From: the human T2T-CHM13v2.0 reference genome, Homo sapiens
Reading direction: 5' to 3' (one strand)
DNA length: 64,000 bases
Assembly (NCBI RefSeq): GCF_009914755.1
Contig: NC_060940.1
In this document: positions 56,590 to 64,000 of the stretch, one piece after another
Layout: every line of letters begins with the position of its first letter
Numbering within the stretch: position 1 is the first letter of the stretch
Translations under genes and position numbers: made by a program
Notes under the pieces: generated by a model
Seen by the model: the letters and a program-made list of their open reading frames with translations, nothing else
Told to the model about the DNA's origin: nothing
Databases searched by the model: none

Positions 56590-58496
56590 CTAAAGATGGG
56601 GGGTGCATAATGAAGAAAACCAGCACCCTTCCCCAGGTGGGGGAATACAGATGTTGATGGGTCCTGAGTGGGGATCCTTGACCCTCGTGCCTTGTCTAAG
56701 CTTCAGATGGGAGGCAAAACATCCATCCAGACTGTGGAGCCGATGACCAGAGAGCACCCAGTACCATTTAATGGGAAAGGCCCTGGGCAGGCACCAGACA
56801 CAGAGAAAGAGGAATGAGCTGGAGCCAAGGAGGCCTCCCCAGTGAAACGCTGCCAGGCGCCCAACACCAGCAGAGACTCTAGACCTGGGGCACGGAGGAG
56901 CAGGTGTCCCAGCAGCAAGCTGTGAGGACAGGTGGGACCCCAGGCCTTGATCGCAAGCCCTCGATGACTTCCTCGATAGCAAGCCCTGAGGAAAGGGGCA
57001 GGCCCCCAACATTGCCTGAGATGACATTTCTGCCACCTAGCATAACAGGGGCTCAGAATAAAATTGAGTTATAAAAAAAAAAGTAAGTCCCATTTTACTC
57101 TAATGAGGCATCCTTTAAAGACCCCAAGTGTGCAGCCTGGAGCTTGGCTTGCTGCATCGTGTGGAAACAGTATACACCGTTCTCCTTATGGGGCACGGGC
57201 AGCACCACTCAGCAAACCTGTTGCTTTTGTGCCTTCATGAAAGTCTTTCAGGAGTAGTCTACACAGCAGGTCTCTCATCACTCTGGGGAGCCCAGTGGCT
57301 CAGAAGCCCCCTGTAGTCCGGGGAAGTCCTGCTAAAGTACATCCAGCACAAACAAGCTTCCAAGCACAAACAAGCTTCCAACTCACCCACCTCCCTGTGT
57401 TCAGCTTGGAATAGCAAATACCAAAAAGTAAACATTTGAAACTGATGGCCTCAATGTACAGTCTGGAGTTCATGGGTCTAAGTTTCCCACTGGCGTTCCC
57501 CTCAAGGTCCACCATTACCTGGGCTCCACTGCCTGCTAGGCTTCATGACCCCTCTCCAGGGAGGCAGCATCCCAAACACAGCTGGGCGGGCATGTCCTTC
57601 CTTCCTCTGGCCCCATCCTTCACCATCCCACTGCATGCCATCCACACTGCCCGGTAAGCAGCCCTGGGGACCTCAAGACTTCACTCAAACACCACCTCCT
57701 TTGTGAAGTTTTCCCAGGTAGTGCTAACCACACCCTTCTTCTGTGACCTCACCGTGACAGGTACAGATGGCTACCGGTGCCCTGGCACTGCCTTGGGAAT
57801 GAGTGTGTTTTAATGTCTTTGTCTTCCACTGCAAGACTTTTGGGGTTCAGGATAAGAGAGAGAGAACAGGGGGCATCAAAGAGGGTTGCTAACTACTTTG
57901 CTATGTAAAAGGATGTTTGTGAAACAATACCCCAGCTCCTCTACCTACCATCACCATTATTTCATAAAAGCATGGTCATATTAATACAAAAAATAATAGG
58001 AAAATCATGGCCTCAGAATGAAGGATGCTCCTTCACAGAAAGAAGTCTTTACAGCTTCCACATTTATACACACACGTGTTGGCCCAGGTTTCTCATTTGC
58101 CCTCAAGTCACAGAGTGGTCCTAGAATATAAGCTCTGCGGGGTGCCTGGGGGCCTGTGAGATCACAGCTCTGGCCATTGGGGATCCCTGGCAACAAGAAC
58201 CTGAGGGATGCCCCTCTGATGCTGCCTGAGGCGCTCCCCATCTGGTCCCAGTGTGGGATGGTGAGTGAGACTGGGGGCCATGGGTGCCGATGATGTCGCT
58301 GGGAAACTCCCAATTTGTGTGTCGATTTAAGCTTAACAAGGGTGGTTCTCAGCTGGTGAATCCCATTTGGTTGAGAAGCCTCAGACTAAAGAGGTTCATA
58401 GGCAGGGCTTACTGGATTTGACACAGCTTCCGCAGCCCAACACAAGGTCTGTGTAGGAGGAACTCTCCTGAACCCCACTCCACAACCAGGGAGGAG

Positions 58497-59342
<846 letters not shown>

Positions 59343-59360
59343 TTAAAATAATATGCTTTT

Positions 59361-59500
59361 AAAAGACTACATATTGGGTACAGTGTATACCACTCAGGTG
59401 ATGGGTGCACCAAAATCTCAGAAATCACCACTAAAGAACTTATCTATGTAACCAAAAACCACCTGTACCTCAGAAACTATTGAAATAAAAATTTAAAAAT
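59361..59500 (+). mobile_element. L1PB-like 3' terminal fragment
   Basis: TATTGGGTACAGTGTA..GGTGATGGGTGCACCAAAATCTCAGAAATCACCACTAAAGAACTTATC..GAAATAAAAA. Confidence 0.85.
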
Positions 59501-59628
59501 AGATATGTATGCTTTTAAATATGTAAATGCCTTGGCCCAACTACACTAGTAGAATTAATAAAATAGGTGCTTGCAGTTCTGTATAGAATCATCATAAACA
59601 TGTGTGTTATTTAGTAATGTGATGTTTT

Positions 59629-59769
59629 AGTTTTTCATTTTTTAATTGACAATTATATATATATTGATTGTGTATGTGTTGTTTTGAAATAGGTATACAT
59701 TACATATTTCAAACATAATCACTAATCAAGTGAATTGACATATTAACCTCACATGCTTTTCATTTTTGT
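59629..59769 (-). mobile_element. L1MA-like 3' terminal fragment with 15 bp TSD
   Basis: T-rich tail then TTTAATTGACAA; TSD GTAATGTGATGTTTT at 59614-59628 and 59770-59784. Confidence 0.7.
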
Positions 59770-60656
59770 GTAATGTGATGTTTTGGTGAGTCAAATACCA
59801 TGAGCTATGTTGCCACTAGTGGTTTGATATTCTGAAATCTCTTGGTAAAGTACTGAGCCAAACAGAACGTATCTTTTCTTGATTTACATAGGAATTGCAA
59901 TACTAGAAAATGCAGTATAGGTTAAAACTGAAAAAATACTTGGTGTTTATATGTACACATATACACTGTATGTAAAATGGATTATTAAAGAGAGAATTAT
60001 TCATGGGTTTAAACTACAAGGCTGTTTGCAGAAGCAGTAGAAAGCCTGGCCATGACAAACCAAAATCGGCCCCTCTCCCACCCAGACCTCCCAGTGAGAA
60101 CCACTGATGTGGGCTGCAGAGGCACAGAAAGAAAGTGATCCACCCAAGGCCACGCAACTTGTCAGCTCCCACGCCTGGACTGGGCCTGTGACTTCTGACC
60201 CCAACTCAGGGCTCCCACCTGCACCAGGACATTTCAGACACTGCTGTTTGGAGGTCAAGGCTCCCTAGAGGTCCCTTTAGGGTGACCGCAGAAGCCCAGG
60301 GAAGCATCATGCCCTTTTAACCAGAGCCATTCCATGTTTATATATTTTGTTTTAAAAAATGTGTAAAATAATTGCTAATAATTTGGGGGCATTTGCCATG
60401 TACCAGACACCTCTGGAGATATTACACTGAGTTTCCACAACCACCCTGTGGGGCAAGCTTTAGGAGCCCTTTTTACAGATAAGGAAATGGAGGCTGAGGG
60501 GCCTAAGGCCACATAGCCCCAAGTCTCTCTGATCTGAGTCTGAGCCCCTTCCATTCTGCAGGCTGTCTCCCCACACCCTGTTTAGAGGTTGGGCTTCCTT
60601 GTCAGTTTTATTTGAAAAAAAAAAAAAGCTATTGGAATGGGAAAAGATGTTTGTGA

Positions 60657-64000
<3,344 letters not shown>

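Noticed and set aside
59808-59826. CTCF-like motif TTGCCACTAGTGG
   Set aside because: Partial match only, inside a probable old repeat.

Overview
Primate, very likely human, non-coding genomic DNA. It is extremely Alu-dense (many dozens of Alu copies or fragments in both orientations) and also carries older MIR/L2/L1M fragments, MaLR/ERV solo LTRs (MLT1D, MLT1A, MER50-, MER34- and LTR16-like), hAT DNA transposon fossils (MER58A/B, MER3, MER91A-like) and two SVA retrotransposons. I see no CpG island and no credible protein-coding exon; almost all ORFs in the track are Alu/SVA read-throughs. I could not identify the locus. The most unusual structures are: (1) a ~480 bp mosaic insertion inside an Alu at 53448-53925, built from four local templates (three inverted, one direct) joined by microhomologies, which is a fossil template-switching event; (2) a full-length SVA with a 57 bp 3' transduction, a 10 bp TSD and a possible cap-derived G; (3) a 5'-truncated SVA nested in an Alu nested in an MLT1D; (4) a second local templated duplication (34150-34322 vs 35409-35603); (5) a 32 bp orphan poly(A)-tailed insertion; (6) two well-formed candidate + strand exons (35904-36054, 36984-37099), possibly from a lncRNA. 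Repeat subfamily names come from recalled consensus motifs, and boundaries are approximate unless a TSD is quoted.
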